Assembly: GCA_004143945.1 (NCBI GenBank)
Contig: SEHB01000011.1
Span: 20,070 to 84,069, forward strand
Length of the DNA stretch: 64,000 nucleotides
Origin: Lysobacteraceae bacterium
GTDB lineage: Bacteria; Pseudomonadota; Gammaproteobacteria; Xanthomonadales; Rhodanobacteraceae
Direction: 5' to 3'
Shown: positions 47,282-56,977 of the stretch, in pieces
Position numbering within the stretch: the stretch's first letter is position 1
Layout of the letters: the number at the start of each line of letters is the position of its first letter
Notes under the pieces: model-generated
The model's input: the letters and a program-made list of their open reading frames with translations, nothing else
Databases searched by the model: none
What the model was told of the DNA's origin: nothing
Position numbers and translations under genes: made by a program

Positions 47282-50200
47282 ATGACCCCGATCCTGCCGA
47301 CTCCCCCGATTCCGACCGCGACGCGCCGGCGACGCGGATGGACTGCGCCGCATGGCGCGGCACTCGCGCTCGCGCTCGCCGAAACCGGTCGCCGACATCC
47401 GGGCATCGTCGTCGCAGTCGCGCACGACACGCATGCGGCGCATGCGCTCGAAACCGAACTCGGCGTGTTCGCCGGCAGCGACCTCGACGTGCTGCAGTTC
47501 CCGGACTGGGAAACCCTGCCCTACGACCTGTTCTCGCCGCATCCGGAAATCGTCTCGCAGCGCGTCGCGGCGCTCTACCGCCTGCCTGCGCTGAAGCGCG
47601 GCGTGCTCGTGGTGCCGGTCGCGACGTTGATGCAGCGACTCGCGCCGCGCAGCTACATCACGGGTTCGGGCCTCGTGCTCGAACGCGCGCAGAAGCTCGA
47701 CATCGCCTCCGAGCAGCGCCGCCTGGAAGCCTCGGGTTACCGCAACGTGCCGCAGGTCGCCGAGCCCGGCGACTTCGCGGTGCGCGGCGCGCTGCTCGAC
47801 ATCTTCCCGATGGGCAGTCCGGCGCCCTACCGCATCGAACTGTTCGACGACGAGATCGACTCGATCCGCACCTTCGATCCCGAGACGCAGCGCTCGGAGC
47901 AGAAGGTCGATTCGGTGCGGCTGCTGCCCGCGCGCGAGTTCCCGTTGACCGAGGAATCGGCGAAGGCATTCCGCAACTCATTGCGCGAGCGTTTCCCGAT
48001 CGATCCGCGCCGCTGCCCGCTGTACCAGGACATCAAGGAAGGCGTGACGCCGGCGGGCATCGAGTACTACCTGCCGATGTTCTTCGAGCACACCGAGACG
48101 CTGTTCGACTACCTGCCCGACGACGTGCTGTTCGTGCTCGGCGAAGGCACGCTCGAAGCAGCCGAGGCGTTCTGGAACGCGACGCTCGCGCGCCACGAGC
48201 AGCGCGCGCACGACGTCGAACGGCCCGTGCTGCCGCCGGTCGAGCTGTACCTGACGCCGCAGCAGCTGCGCGAGCGGCTCAACCAGGGCCTGCGCATCGA
48301 CATCGTCGCGCGCGCGCTCGCGGCCGACACCGATGCGACACCCGCGCGCAAGGACGTGGCCGACCTCGGCACGCAACCCGCCCCGAACCTGCCGCTCGCG
48401 CGCAAGGGCGAGGAACCCGCGGAAGGCCTCAAGCGTTTCCTCGCCGCACATCCGGGTCGCGTGCTGCTGACGGTCGATTCGGCCGGGCGTCGCGAGGCGC
48501 TGCTCGAGCAGCTCGCGGCGGCGCAGCTGCGACCGCTGCCGGTCGCGTCATGGCAGGCGTTCGCGGGCGAGGAGGTGCGGTTCGCGATCACCGTCGCGAC
48601 GCTCGATCAGGGCTTCGCGCTGACGCGTCCTCCGCTCGTCGTGCTGACCGAGCGCGAGCTCTCGGGCGAGCGCGCGCAGCAGGCGCGCCGGCGCAAGCGT
48701 GCCGCGCGCGATCCCGAAGCGGTGCTGCGCGACCTGTCCGAACTCACGATCGGCGCACCGATCGTGCACGTCGACCACGGCGTCGGGCGCTACCAGGGAC
48801 TGCTCAAGCTCGACGTCGGCGGCAGCAACGCGGAATTCCTCGCGATCGGATACGCGAAGGGCGACAAGCTCTACGTGCCGGTCGCGCAGCTGCAGCTGGT
48901 CTCGCGCTACTCCGGCGCGGCGCCCGAGTTCGCGCCGCTGCATGCGCTCGGCGGCGACGCCTGGGAGCGCGCGAAGAAGAAGGCCGCGACCAAGGTGCGC
49001 GACGTCGCGGCCGAGCTGCTCGCGATCCACGCGCAGCGCGAAGCGCGCCGCGGCACCGCGATGCAGGTCGACCACGACCTCGTCGCGCAGTTCGCGGCCG
49101 CGTTCCCGTTCGAGGAAACGCCGGACCAGTCCACTGCGATCGAGGCGGTGATCGCCGACCTCGCCGCGCCGCGCCCGATGGACCGCGTGATCTGCGGCGA
49201 CGTCGGCTTCGGCAAGACCGAGGTCGCGTTGCGCGCCGCGTTCGTCGCCGCGACCGCGGGCCGGCAGGTCGCGCTGCTCGCGCCGACGACGCTGCTTGCG
49301 CAGCAGCACTTCCAGAACTTCAGCGACCGCTACGCGGACTGGCCCGTGCGCGTGGAGGTGCTGTCGCGCTTCAAGTCGAAGAAGGAGATCGAGGACGCGC
49401 TCTCGAAGCTCGCCGACGGGCGCATCGACGTGATGATCGGCACGCACAAGCTGCTGCAGCCCGACGTGCGCTTCAAGGACCTCGGCCTCGTGATCATCGA
49501 CGAGGAGCAGCGCTTCGGCGTGCGCCAGAAGGAAGCGCTGAAGAAACTGCGCGCGGAAGTCGACCTGCTGACGCTGACCGCGACGCCGATCCCGCGCACG
49601 CTGAACATGGCGATGTCGGGGCTGCGCGACCTCTCGATCATCGCGACGCCGCCCGCGCACCGGATGGCGATCAAGACCTTCATCGGCCAGTACGACAGCG
49701 CGCTCGTGCGCGAGGCGCTGCAGCGCGAGCTCGCGCGCGGCGGCCAGGCCTACTTCCTGCACAACGACGTCGACACGATCGAGAAGACCGCGCGCGAACT
49801 CGCCGAGCTGATGCCCGAGGCGCGCGTGCGCCACGCGCACGGCCAGATGCCCGACCGCGAACTCGAGCAGATCATGCTCGACTTCTACCGCCAGCGCTTC
49901 AACGTGCTCGTCGCGACCACGATCATCGAATCGGGCATCGACGTTCCGAGCGCGAACACGATCATCATCAACCGCGCCGATCGCTTCGGGCTCGCGCAGC
50001 TGCACCAGTTGCGCGGGCGCGTCGGGCGCTCGCACCACCGCGCGTACGCGTACCTGTTGCTGCCGCCGGACCGCCAGGTGACCGCGGACGCCGAGAAGCG
50101 CCTCGAGGCGCTCGCCTCGCTCGAGGACCTCGGCGCGGGCTTCACGCTCGCGACGCACGACCTCGAGATCCGCGGCGCCGGCGAACTGCTCGGCGAGGAA

Positions 50201-50761
50201 CAGTCGGGCCAGATCGAGGAGATCGGCTTCTCGCTCTACACCGAGATGCTCGACCGCGCGGTGCGCGCGCTCAAGAACGGCAAGGTGCCGGACTTCGACC
50301 TCACGAGCGACCACGAGGCCGAGGTCGAGCTGCACCTGCCCGCGCTGATCCCGGACGACTACCTGCCCGACGTCAACACGCGCCTCACGCTGTACAAGCG
50401 CATCGCGAGCGCGCGCGACGAGGACGCGCTGCGCGAACTGCAGGTCGAGATGATCGACCGCTTCGGGCTGCTGCCGGACCCGGTCAAGAACCTGTTCGCG
50501 GTGACCTCGCTCAAGCTCGCGGCGACGCCGCTCGGCATCCGCAAGCTCGAGGTCGGCGCCAACGGCGGGCGCGTCGTGTTCCGGCCGCAGCCCGCGATCG
50601 AACCGCTGACCGTGATCCGGCTGATCCAGGCGCAGCCGCGCGTGTACGCGCTCGACGGCCAGGACAAGCTGAAGTTCAAGATGCCGCTCGAGGGCGCCAG
50701 CGAGCGCCTGCGCGCGGCCGGCGACCTGCTCGCGAGCCTCGGCGCGCGCCGCGCGGCGTGA
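47282..50761 (+). CDS. mfd: Transcription-repair coupling factor
   Basis: FPDWETLPYD, RGALLDIF, GDVGFGKT, DEEQRFG, TATPIPRT, QLRGRVGR, DLEIRGAG; alternative start 47228. Confidence 0.98.
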   Translation: MTPILPTPPIPTATRRRRGWTAPHGAALALALAETGRRHPGIVVAVAHDTHAAHALETELGVFAGSDLDVLQFPDWETLPYDLFSPHPEIVSQRVAALYRLPALKRGVLVVPVATLMQRLAPRSYITGSGLVLERAQKLDIASEQRRLEASGYRNVPQVAEPGDFAVRGALLDIFPMGSPAPYRIELFDDEIDSIRTFDPETQRSEQKVDSVRLLPAREFPLTEESAKAFRNSLRERFPIDPRRCPLYQDIKEGVTPAGIEYYLPMFFEHTETLFDYLPDDVLFVLGEGTLEAAEAFWNATLARHEQRAHDVERPVLPPVELYLTPQQLRERLNQGLRIDIVARALAADTDATPARKDVADLGTQPAPNLPLARKGEEPAEGLKRFLAAHPGRVLLTVDSAGRREALLEQLAAAQLRPLPVASWQAFAGEEVRFAITVATLDQGFALTRPPLVVLTERELSGERAQQARRRKRAARDPEAVLRDLSELTIGAPIVHVDHGVGRYQGLLKLDVGGSNAEFLAIGYAKGDKLYVPVAQLQLVSRYSGAAPEFAPLHALGGDAWERAKKKAATKVRDVAAELLAIHAQREARRGTAMQVDHDLVAQFAAAFPFEETPDQSTAIEAVIADLAAPRPMDRVICGDVGFGKTEVALRAAFVAATAGRQVALLAPTTLLAQQHFQNFSDRYADWPVRVEVLSRFKSKKEIEDALSKLADGRIDVMIGTHKLLQPDVRFKDLGLVIIDEEQRFGVRQKEALKKLRAEVDLLTLTATPIPRTLNMAMSGLRDLSIIATPPAHRMAIKTFIGQYDSALVREALQRELARGGQAYFLHNDVDTIEKTARELAELMPEARVRHAHGQMPDRELEQIMLDFYRQRFNVLVATTIIESGIDVPSANTIIINRADRFGLAQLHQLRGRVGRSHHRAYAYLLLPPDRQVTADAEKRLEALASLEDLGAGFTLATHDLEIRGAGELLGEEQSGQIEEIGFSLYTEMLDRAVRALKNGKVPDFDLTSDHEAEVELHLPALIPDDYLPDVNTRLTLYKRIASARDEDALRELQVEMIDRFGLLPDPVKNLFAVTSLKLAATPLGIRKLEVGANGGRVVFRPQPAIEPLTVIRLIQAQPRVYALDGQDKLKFKMPLEGASERLRAAGDLLASLGARRAA

Positions 50762-50819
50762 GGCGCCACCTGGCGCGCGACCGCGGCTTGTGCCGCCCCC
50801 CGGCGGCTTGTCGAAAAGC

Positions 50820-50869
50820 TCGCGACTGAAGTCCCTCCCACGAGACCTGGGGACGGGCTTCGGCCCCGA
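50820..50869. repeat. Degenerate REP pair
   Basis: tcgcgactgaagtccctcccac at 50820-50841 and tggggacgggcttcggccccga at 50848-50869. Confidence 0.75.
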
Positions 50870-50955
50870 CGGCATGTCCCTGGTGAGCCGATCCGGCACC
50901 GGACGACGCATGCATCGGTGGGCCGCGACGAACGCGGCGATCGAGGGTGAACCCC

Positions 50956-52374
50956 ATGCATGCCGCACGTTTCGCCGCGCTGTTCGCCGGGCTCGCGCTC
51001 GCGCTGCCTGCACACGCCGACCGCCTGTATGCGACCGGTTTCGAAATCGCCGCGATCGAGCCGCTGTTCCCGCTCGTCGACGGACGCTACGACCTCGGCA
51101 ACGGAGCGGCGGCGGAGCAGCTCGAGTGGATCCTCGCCGAACTCGCGTCCGGCCAAACCACCACGCCCGCGGAGATCGCCGCGCATTTCGACGCGACGTG
51201 GACGGTGCCGGTCGCCGAGACGCAGGCCTTCTTCGCCTCGCTGCGCGTGCAGTTCCCGGATGCCGTGGTGCTCGACGTCGTGACGATGACGCCGGTGCAG
51301 GCTGTCGTCGTCATCGATGACGACGGCAGCGGCCCGCCGTACGGCTACCTCAGCCTGCGCGTGCGCCATGCGGCGCCGCAGGGCATCGTGCAGCTCGGTG
51401 TCTCGAACTTCAACGGCCAGTTGCAATACCCGGCCGACCAGACGCTCGACCTCGCGCAGGCGGTCGCGCGCTTCCATGCGCTGTCCGGCGATCCCGCGCT
51501 GCTGGTCGGCAGGATCACGCCCGACGGCGAGTGCGGCGTGGTCGCCGGCGACGCCGAAGGCGAGCTGCGCGCGACCGCATCGATCTTCAAGACCTGGGTG
51601 CTCGGCGGCGTCGCGCGCGCGGTCGCGCAAGGCCTGCTCGCGGTCGACGACGTGATCCCGCTGGCCGCGTCCGAACTCGCACCGGGTGGCGCGATCAACG
51701 TCGAACCGATCGGCACGCCGTTCACGCTCGACGAGCTCGCGAGGCTCATGATCGGCATCAGCGACAACACCGCGACCGACCTGCTGCACGAGGCGGTCGG
51801 GCGCGAACGCATCGGCCTGTTCATCGATGCGACCGCCGAGGATCCGACGGTGTTGCGACCGCTGCTCGGGATCAGCGAGCAGTTCCACCTGTTCCACTCG
51901 TTCCCGCTCGACGTGTCGCTCGCCTACGTCGAGGGCACCGAGGCCTGGCAGCAGCAGTTCCTCGCGCAGTCGATCGAACCGCTCGGCCCGCTCGTCACCG
52001 GTCCGTACTTCCATGCGAGCCTGCTCACGCGGGGCAGCTGGCGCGCGAGTCCGCTCGATGTCTGTGCCGCGTTCGCGGCATTGCGCCGGCTGCCGCAAGG
52101 CTCCGATGCGATCGCGCTCGCCGACCGCGCGCTCGGCGCATCGGTCGCGCAGCCCGGCGTGCGCGGCGCCTGGGACCGCGCCTGGTACAAGGGCGGCAGC
52201 CTCGCGTCGGCCGCGGGCTTGCACGTGCTCACGCATGCGTGGATGCTCGAGGACCGCGGTGGCGATCCATGGGTGGTCGTCGCGATGTCGAACAGCGACG
52301 GCGGCGGCATCGACGCCTACCAGGTGCAGTCGGTCACCAACCGGATCCTCCAACTCGTGGCGGAGTCGCGCTGA
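50956..52374 (+). CDS. Secreted serine beta-lactamase-like hydrolase (Cpe/LpqF-like) with N-terminal DRLYATGFE tag
   Basis: Signal peptide ending AHA; SIFK (SxxK), SDN and KGG motifs; GAGGG RBS. Confidence 0.8.
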   Translation: MHAARFAALFAGLALALPAHADRLYATGFEIAAIEPLFPLVDGRYDLGNGAAAEQLEWILAELASGQTTTPAEIAAHFDATWTVPVAETQAFFASLRVQFPDAVVLDVVTMTPVQAVVVIDDDGSGPPYGYLSLRVRHAAPQGIVQLGVSNFNGQLQYPADQTLDLAQAVARFHALSGDPALLVGRITPDGECGVVAGDAEGELRATASIFKTWVLGGVARAVAQGLLAVDDVIPLAASELAPGGAINVEPIGTPFTLDELARLMIGISDNTATDLLHEAVGRERIGLFIDATAEDPTVLRPLLGISEQFHLFHSFPLDVSLAYVEGTEAWQQQFLAQSIEPLGPLVTGPYFHASLLTRGSWRASPLDVCAAFAALRRLPQGSDAIALADRALGASVAQPGVRGAWDRAWYKGGSLASAAGLHVLTHAWMLEDRGGDPWVVVAMSNSDGGGIDAYQVQSVTNRILQLVAESR

Positions 52375-52400
52375 GGCGCGCGGGCCTGCGACAATGGGCG

Positions 52401-53303
52401 ATGCCCACGCCTCCCGCCACGCCCGTTTCCAACGACTTCCTGCACCGCTTCCACCTCGAGCGCGCCGGCGTGCGCGGCGCACTCGTGCGCCTCGAACACG
52501 GGTGGCGACGCATCCTCGAGAACGGCGCGTACGCCGCGCCCCTCGCTTCGCTGCTCGGCGAAACCGTCGCGGCGAGCGCGCTGTTCACGAGCACGATCAA
52601 GTTCGAGGGTCGCCTGTCGATCCACCTGCGCGACAGCGGCGCGCTGCGCCTGCTGTTCGCCGACTGCACGCATGACGGCCACGTGCGCGGGATCGTGCGC
52701 TGGGACGGCATGCCGCCGCAGGCCGCGGTGCAGCTCGATCCGGCCGCGCGCCTCGCGATCACGATCGAAAACACCACCACCGACTCGCGCTACCAGGGCC
52801 TGGTGCCCGTGCAGGGCACGACGCTCGCGCAGGCGTTCGAAGGCTACTTCGAGCGCTCCGAACAGTTGCCGACGCGGATCATGCTCGCGAGCCACGCCAA
52901 CCGCTGCGGCGGCATCCTGCTGCAGCAGATCGCCGGCGCGGGCGGCACCGCGAGCGGCGATGCCGACGGCTGGAACCGCGTGGGCCACCTGCTCGCGACG
53001 CTCGATGATGCCGAACTGCTCGGCCTGCCACCCGAGCAGGTGCTGCTGCGCCTGTTCCACGAGGAAGGCGTGCGCCTGCAACCGGCGCAGCCGCTCGCGT
53101 TCGGATGCACCTGCTCGCGCGCGCGCGTCGCCGACATGCTGCGCTCGCTCGGCCGTGCCGAAAGCGATTCAGTGCTCGCCGAACAAGGCTCGGTGGACGT
53201 CACCTGCGAGTTCTGCAACCGCCGCTACGTGTTCGACGAGGCCGACATCGCGGAGGTGTTCGCCGACCATCCGCCCGAAGCCGACGGCTCGACGCGCCAC
53301 TGA
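52401..53303 (+). CDS. hslO: Hsp33 redox-regulated chaperone
   Basis: VRGALVRL, YQGLVP, YFERSEQLPT, CTCS...CEFC Zn motif. Confidence 0.95.
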   Translation: MPTPPATPVSNDFLHRFHLERAGVRGALVRLEHGWRRILENGAYAAPLASLLGETVAASALFTSTIKFEGRLSIHLRDSGALRLLFADCTHDGHVRGIVRWDGMPPQAAVQLDPAARLAITIENTTTDSRYQGLVPVQGTTLAQAFEGYFERSEQLPTRIMLASHANRCGGILLQQIAGAGGTASGDADGWNRVGHLLATLDDAELLGLPPEQVLLRLFHEEGVRLQPAQPLAFGCTCSRARVADMLRSLGRAESDSVLAEQGSVDVTCEFCNRRYVFDEADIAEVFADHPPEADGSTRH

Positions 53304-53349
53304 CGTCGCGCGCGCTGCCCTTCGGCGCAGCATGCGTGTGCGGCTCGCT

Positions 53350-54045
53350 TCAGCGCGGGCCCGCGGAATCCTCGACCCGGCGCCGCAGCTCGGCCAGCTC
53401 CGCGCGCAGTTCGCGCAGGTCGGCCTCGAGCCCGTCGATGCGCTCGTGCAGGTCGGCGCGCGCGGGCGAGTCGCTGCGCGCGGACGCGCTGGGCGCCGCC
53501 GCGAAGGCTTCGACATCCACCTCGCCACACAGGAGGTGCATGTAGCGGTCCTCGCGCTGTCCCGCGGCGCGCCCGATGCACGCGACCAGCGGCGGTTCGC
53601 GCGCGACGAGTCGATCGAGCGTGTCGCGGACATCGTCCTGCCCCGGGAACGCGCCGATGCGCTCGGTGCGCGTGAGCAGTTCGGCGATCGTCTGCGGACC
53701 TCGCAGCAGCATCACGCAGAGCACCGCGCGCTGGCGCGCCGTGGTGCCATAGGCCGCGTCGAAGCGATGCTCGTAGCGCAGTGCGCGCTGCGACACCGGT
53801 GCGACGCGCACGAGCCCCCTGCCCTCCATCGCGCGCAACGCATGTGCGACGGCGCCCGGTTCAAGCTGCATCAGGGGCTCGCGGCTGGTCTTCTGGTTGC
53901 ACGCGGCGACGATCGCGTTTTCAGTCAGCGGATAGGCTTCCGGCGTGACCGCGGCCTTCTCGACGAGGCACCCGAGGATGCGCGCCTCGATCGGGTCGAG
54001 CGGCGGCCATGCGGCGACAGGGGGCACATCGGTTTCGGGCAGCAC
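53350..54045 (-). CDS. YceH / DUF480 family protein
   Basis: EARILGCLVEK..TPEAYPLT.N...ACNQKTSREP, LLRGPQT, GQREDRYMHLL; GTG start after GGAGAG. Confidence 0.9.
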   Translation of the reverse strand: MLPETDVPPVAAWPPLDPIEARILGCLVEKAAVTPEAYPLTENAIVAACNQKTSREPLMQLEPGAVAHALRAMEGRGLVRVAPVSQRALRYEHRFDAAYGTTARQRAVLCVMLLRGPQTIAELLTRTERIGAFPGQDDVRDTLDRLVAREPPLVACIGRAAGQREDRYMHLLCGEVDVEAFAAAPSASARSDSPARADLHERIDGLEADLRELRAELAELRRRVEDSAGPR

Positions 54046-54191
54046 GTCGGCTCTCCTGCAGCGGAAAGGACGCGAGTTTACCTGTCCACTGGCTCGCGTC
54101 GCGGTCCGCAACGCGCCGGGTCATCGCGCGAAAGACCGCCGGCGGAGCTGAGCGCGGCCAGCCCGCGCGCCCGTCGCACGCTTGCGATCGA

Positions 54192-54899
54192 TCAGTGGGC
54201 CGGTGCGGGATCGAAGCCGTCGGCGAAGATGACGTCGCTGCCCGCGCCGCGCGTGATGCGCAGGTTGTCCATGCGCGCATCGAAGATCGTGAAGCCGTAG
54301 AACATGCCCGGCTCGAATGTCGTGAAGGCGAGTTCGTCGACATTCGCCATCACGTCCGCGAACGTCACGCCATCGGGCAGCATCGGCTCGAACGTCACCG
54401 GGTCTTCCGCCCCGTAGCCGCCCCAGCCTGCAGGCATGTCCGTCGACGAAGGATCGAAACTCACGCTGTAGGCATGCCATTCCGGATCGGCCTGGATCGT
54501 TCCGAGCACGACCCACACCGACGACCACGGATACCCGTCCTGCCCGAGCGCACGGCTGCGGAACTCGACGACGACATTGCGCGAGACCTCGTTGCCGAGG
54601 AACGTGATCGAGTCCGCCTTCGCATCGAGGCCGACCGTCACCGTGTCGCTGCCCGTCATGTCGCCCACGAAAGCGGCATTGGAATCATTGCGCAATTCGA
54701 TCCCGAACGTCTCGAGCAGGAAGCGCATGTTCGCGCCCGGATGGCCGCCTTCGGTCTCGAGCAACGCATTGCCGTTCCAGCCTTCTTCGCCCGCGTCGAA
54801 CGTGGTCACCGTCTCCTGCGCGACGAGCGGAGCCGCGAACAGGCAGGTGGCCAATGCGATCGCGATCTTCGGCACGTGCTGGAACAGGTTCGTCTGCAT
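54192..54899 (-). CDS. Secreted beta-rich protein with C-terminal DVIFADGFD tag
   Basis: Signal peptide ending LVA; TTFD.G.EGW start and DNLRIT end suggest a lectin or laminin-B-like beta-sandwich; GGAGA RBS. Confidence 0.8.
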   Translation of the reverse strand: MQTNLFQHVPKIAIALATCLFAAPLVAQETVTTFDAGEEGWNGNALLETEGGHPGANMRFLLETFGIELRNDSNAAFVGDMTGSDTVTVGLDAKADSITFLGNEVSRNVVVEFRSRALGQDGYPWSSVWVVLGTIQADPEWHAYSVSFDPSSTDMPAGWGGYGAEDPVTFEPMLPDGVTFADVMANVDELAFTTFEPGMFYGFTIFDARMDNLRITRGAGSDVIFADGFDPAPAH

Positions 54900-55012
54900 G
54901 GGTGATTCTCCGTGGCGGGATGAGGCAAGGACGATGGTCGACGGGGCTGAGTCGCAGCCGGTCCGCACGCATGCGACGCGGCGCACGCGGGATGCGCCGC
55001 GCCGCGCGCGCG

Positions 55013-56977
55013 TCAGTCGAAGCCGTCGGCGAAGATCGCGTCGCCACGCGCAGCCTCGAACACGAAGGTACCCGCTTCCCCCGCGAATGCGAACACGCGA
55101 CCGTCGGGCGCGAGCGCGACCTTGCGCACCGGATAGCCGATCGGGTGGCGCGCGACCTGGACCGGCGTCGCGGGTTCGGAGATGTCGATCTCGTCGACGC
55201 CGTACTCGTGGCCGACGTAGGCCGTGGTGCCGGACACGACGACCGAATGCGCGACGTTGTACTCCGGCAGCTGCGCGCTGCCGGCGAGCACGTGGCTGCC
55301 GAGCACGAGCGGCTGCGCCTTGTCCGTCACGTCGACGATGCGCAGCTCGCTCGCGAACGTCTCGTTGGACGCGCACGCGATGTAGACGGTGTTGCCGTCC
55401 GCCGACGCGTCGATGCCCATCGCGTACGCGCAACCGGTGTCCTGGCCGAGCAGCGCCGGCATCGCGGGATTCGATACATCGACGACGCGCAGTCCGCCGT
55501 CGCCGAAGTCGGCGCCGTCGGCGAGGAACGCATGGCTGCCGCGCACGGCGAGGTCGTAGGTCTGGCTCGTCGCGAGCGAACCGAGTTCCAGCGGCTGCGC
55601 CGGATCGGCCACGTCGAGGATCCGGAAGTACCCGCCATTGGTCGTGCTCGAGGCGTACACGCGGTCACCATGTGCCTCGATCGCGCTGGCGTACGGGAAC
55701 TCGAAGCGCCCGAGCTCGACCGGCGCCGCAGGATCGGCGACGTCGACGACGAGCACGCCGTATCCCCAGGCGGCGAGGTAGGCGCGGCCGCCGTCGAGCG
55801 AGATGTCTTCCATGTCGCGCGCCTGCAGGTAGGGCGGCAGGTCTGCGTCGAAGCGGCCGATCGACTGCAGCGAGGCCGAGTCGAGCACGCCGAGGCCGTA
55901 GGCTTCCTGCGCCAGGTAGACGTGGCTCGCATCGAACGCGGCGGCATGCGCGTTGACGCCGAACGGCAGCGTGAAACCCGCGGCGAGCACCGGATGCGGT
56001 GGATCGGCGACGTCGAGCAGCATCCCGCGATCGGCATGCGTGAGGACGAGCGGTCCGAACGGCGTGTCGGCGGCCTGGTCGGGCGCGAACGCGTCCATCG
56101 CGACCGTGCGCAGCAATGCAGGTTGCGTCGGGTCGTTGAAATCCCAGACCTGGATGCCAGACGCGCCGACGAGATAGAGCATGTCGCCGCGCAGGATCGC
56201 GTGCGTGGCCATGTCGATCGAGGTGCCGAACACCTGGCTGATGTTGGCGGGATCGTGCAGGTCGTGCACCTGCAGTTCGAGGCCGACCCCGATCGCGTAG
56301 CCGTCGACGAGCACCGCGCGCAGCAGCACGTTGCCGTCGAGCGAGGTGCTGCCGGCCAGCACCGGCGCGGCCGGGTCGCCGATGTCGACGACGTTGACGA
56401 TGCGACCGCCGATCCAGCTGTTGCCGGTGGTCAGCAGCTGGCCACCGTGCACGCCCATCGCATCGAACTCGCCGACGCCGGCGACCGTACCGATCGCGAC
56501 CGGAGCCACCGGATCGGCGGCATCGAGCACGATCAGCCCGTTCTCCGCATCGCCGACGTAGAGATACTGGCCAGCCGCCGCGAGGCCGTTCGGCCGCTTG
56601 AACTCCGACGCGACGTAATCGTCGATCTCGGCCACCGGCTCGGGATCGGCGGGGTCGGCGAGCGAGTACACCGTGATGCCGCCCTCGCCCGACGGGTTGT
56701 TCCATGCCGCATACAGATGATCGCCGAGCGTCGCGAGCGCGCGCACGACGCCGCCCGCGGGGGCGCTGCGGTCGACGACCACGGGCGCGCCGGGATCGGC
56801 GAAGCTCCAGACGGTCAACGTCGCGCCGGTGCCGACATACAGGTAGTCGCCATGCACGGCCGGCGGCGACAGCGCGCCGCCCCCGGCATCGACGGGTGTG
56901 AGGTCCTGCGCATGCGCGGCGCAGGCGAACGACAGCAGGCACGGCAACAGCAGGCCGCGGGCACTCGCAAAGGTCAT
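55013..56977 (-). CDS. Secreted LVIVD-repeat beta-propeller protein with C-terminal DAIFADGFD tag
   Basis: Signal peptide ending AHA; more than 10 repeats of [YL]AY.A...GL.VVDVSDPA.P; GAGGA RBS. Confidence 0.85.
   Translation of the reverse strand: MTFASARGLLLPCLLSFACAAHAQDLTPVDAGGGALSPPAVHGDYLYVGTGATLTVWSFADPGAPVVVDRSAPAGGVVRALATLGDHLYAAWNNPSGEGGITVYSLADPADPEPVAEIDDYVASEFKRPNGLAAAGQYLYVGDAENGLIVLDAADPVAPVAIGTVAGVGEFDAMGVHGGQLLTTGNSWIGGRIVNVVDIGDPAAPVLAGSTSLDGNVLLRAVLVDGYAIGVGLELQVHDLHDPANISQVFGTSIDMATHAILRGDMLYLVGASGIQVWDFNDPTQPALLRTVAMDAFAPDQAADTPFGPLVLTHADRGMLLDVADPPHPVLAAGFTLPFGVNAHAAAFDASHVYLAQEAYGLGVLDSASLQSIGRFDADLPPYLQARDMEDISLDGGRAYLAAWGYGVLVVDVADPAAPVELGRFEFPYASAIEAHGDRVYASSTTNGGYFRILDVADPAQPLELGSLATSQTYDLAVRGSHAFLADGADFGDGGLRVVDVSNPAMPALLGQDTGCAYAMGIDASADGNTVYIACASNETFASELRIVDVTDKAQPLVLGSHVLAGSAQLPEYNVAHSVVVSGTTAYVGHEYGVDEIDISEPATPVQVARHPIGYPVRKVALAPDGRVFAFAGEAGTFVFEAARGDAIFADGFD

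Noticed and set aside
48548-51013. Long antisense and alternative-frame ORFs (for example 48548-51013, 10024-12231, 22490-25723, 41547-45071, 54854-58057)
   Set aside because: They shadow well-supported genes, are Arg/Ala/Gly-rich and lack motifs, as expected from stop-codon scarcity in high-GC DNA.
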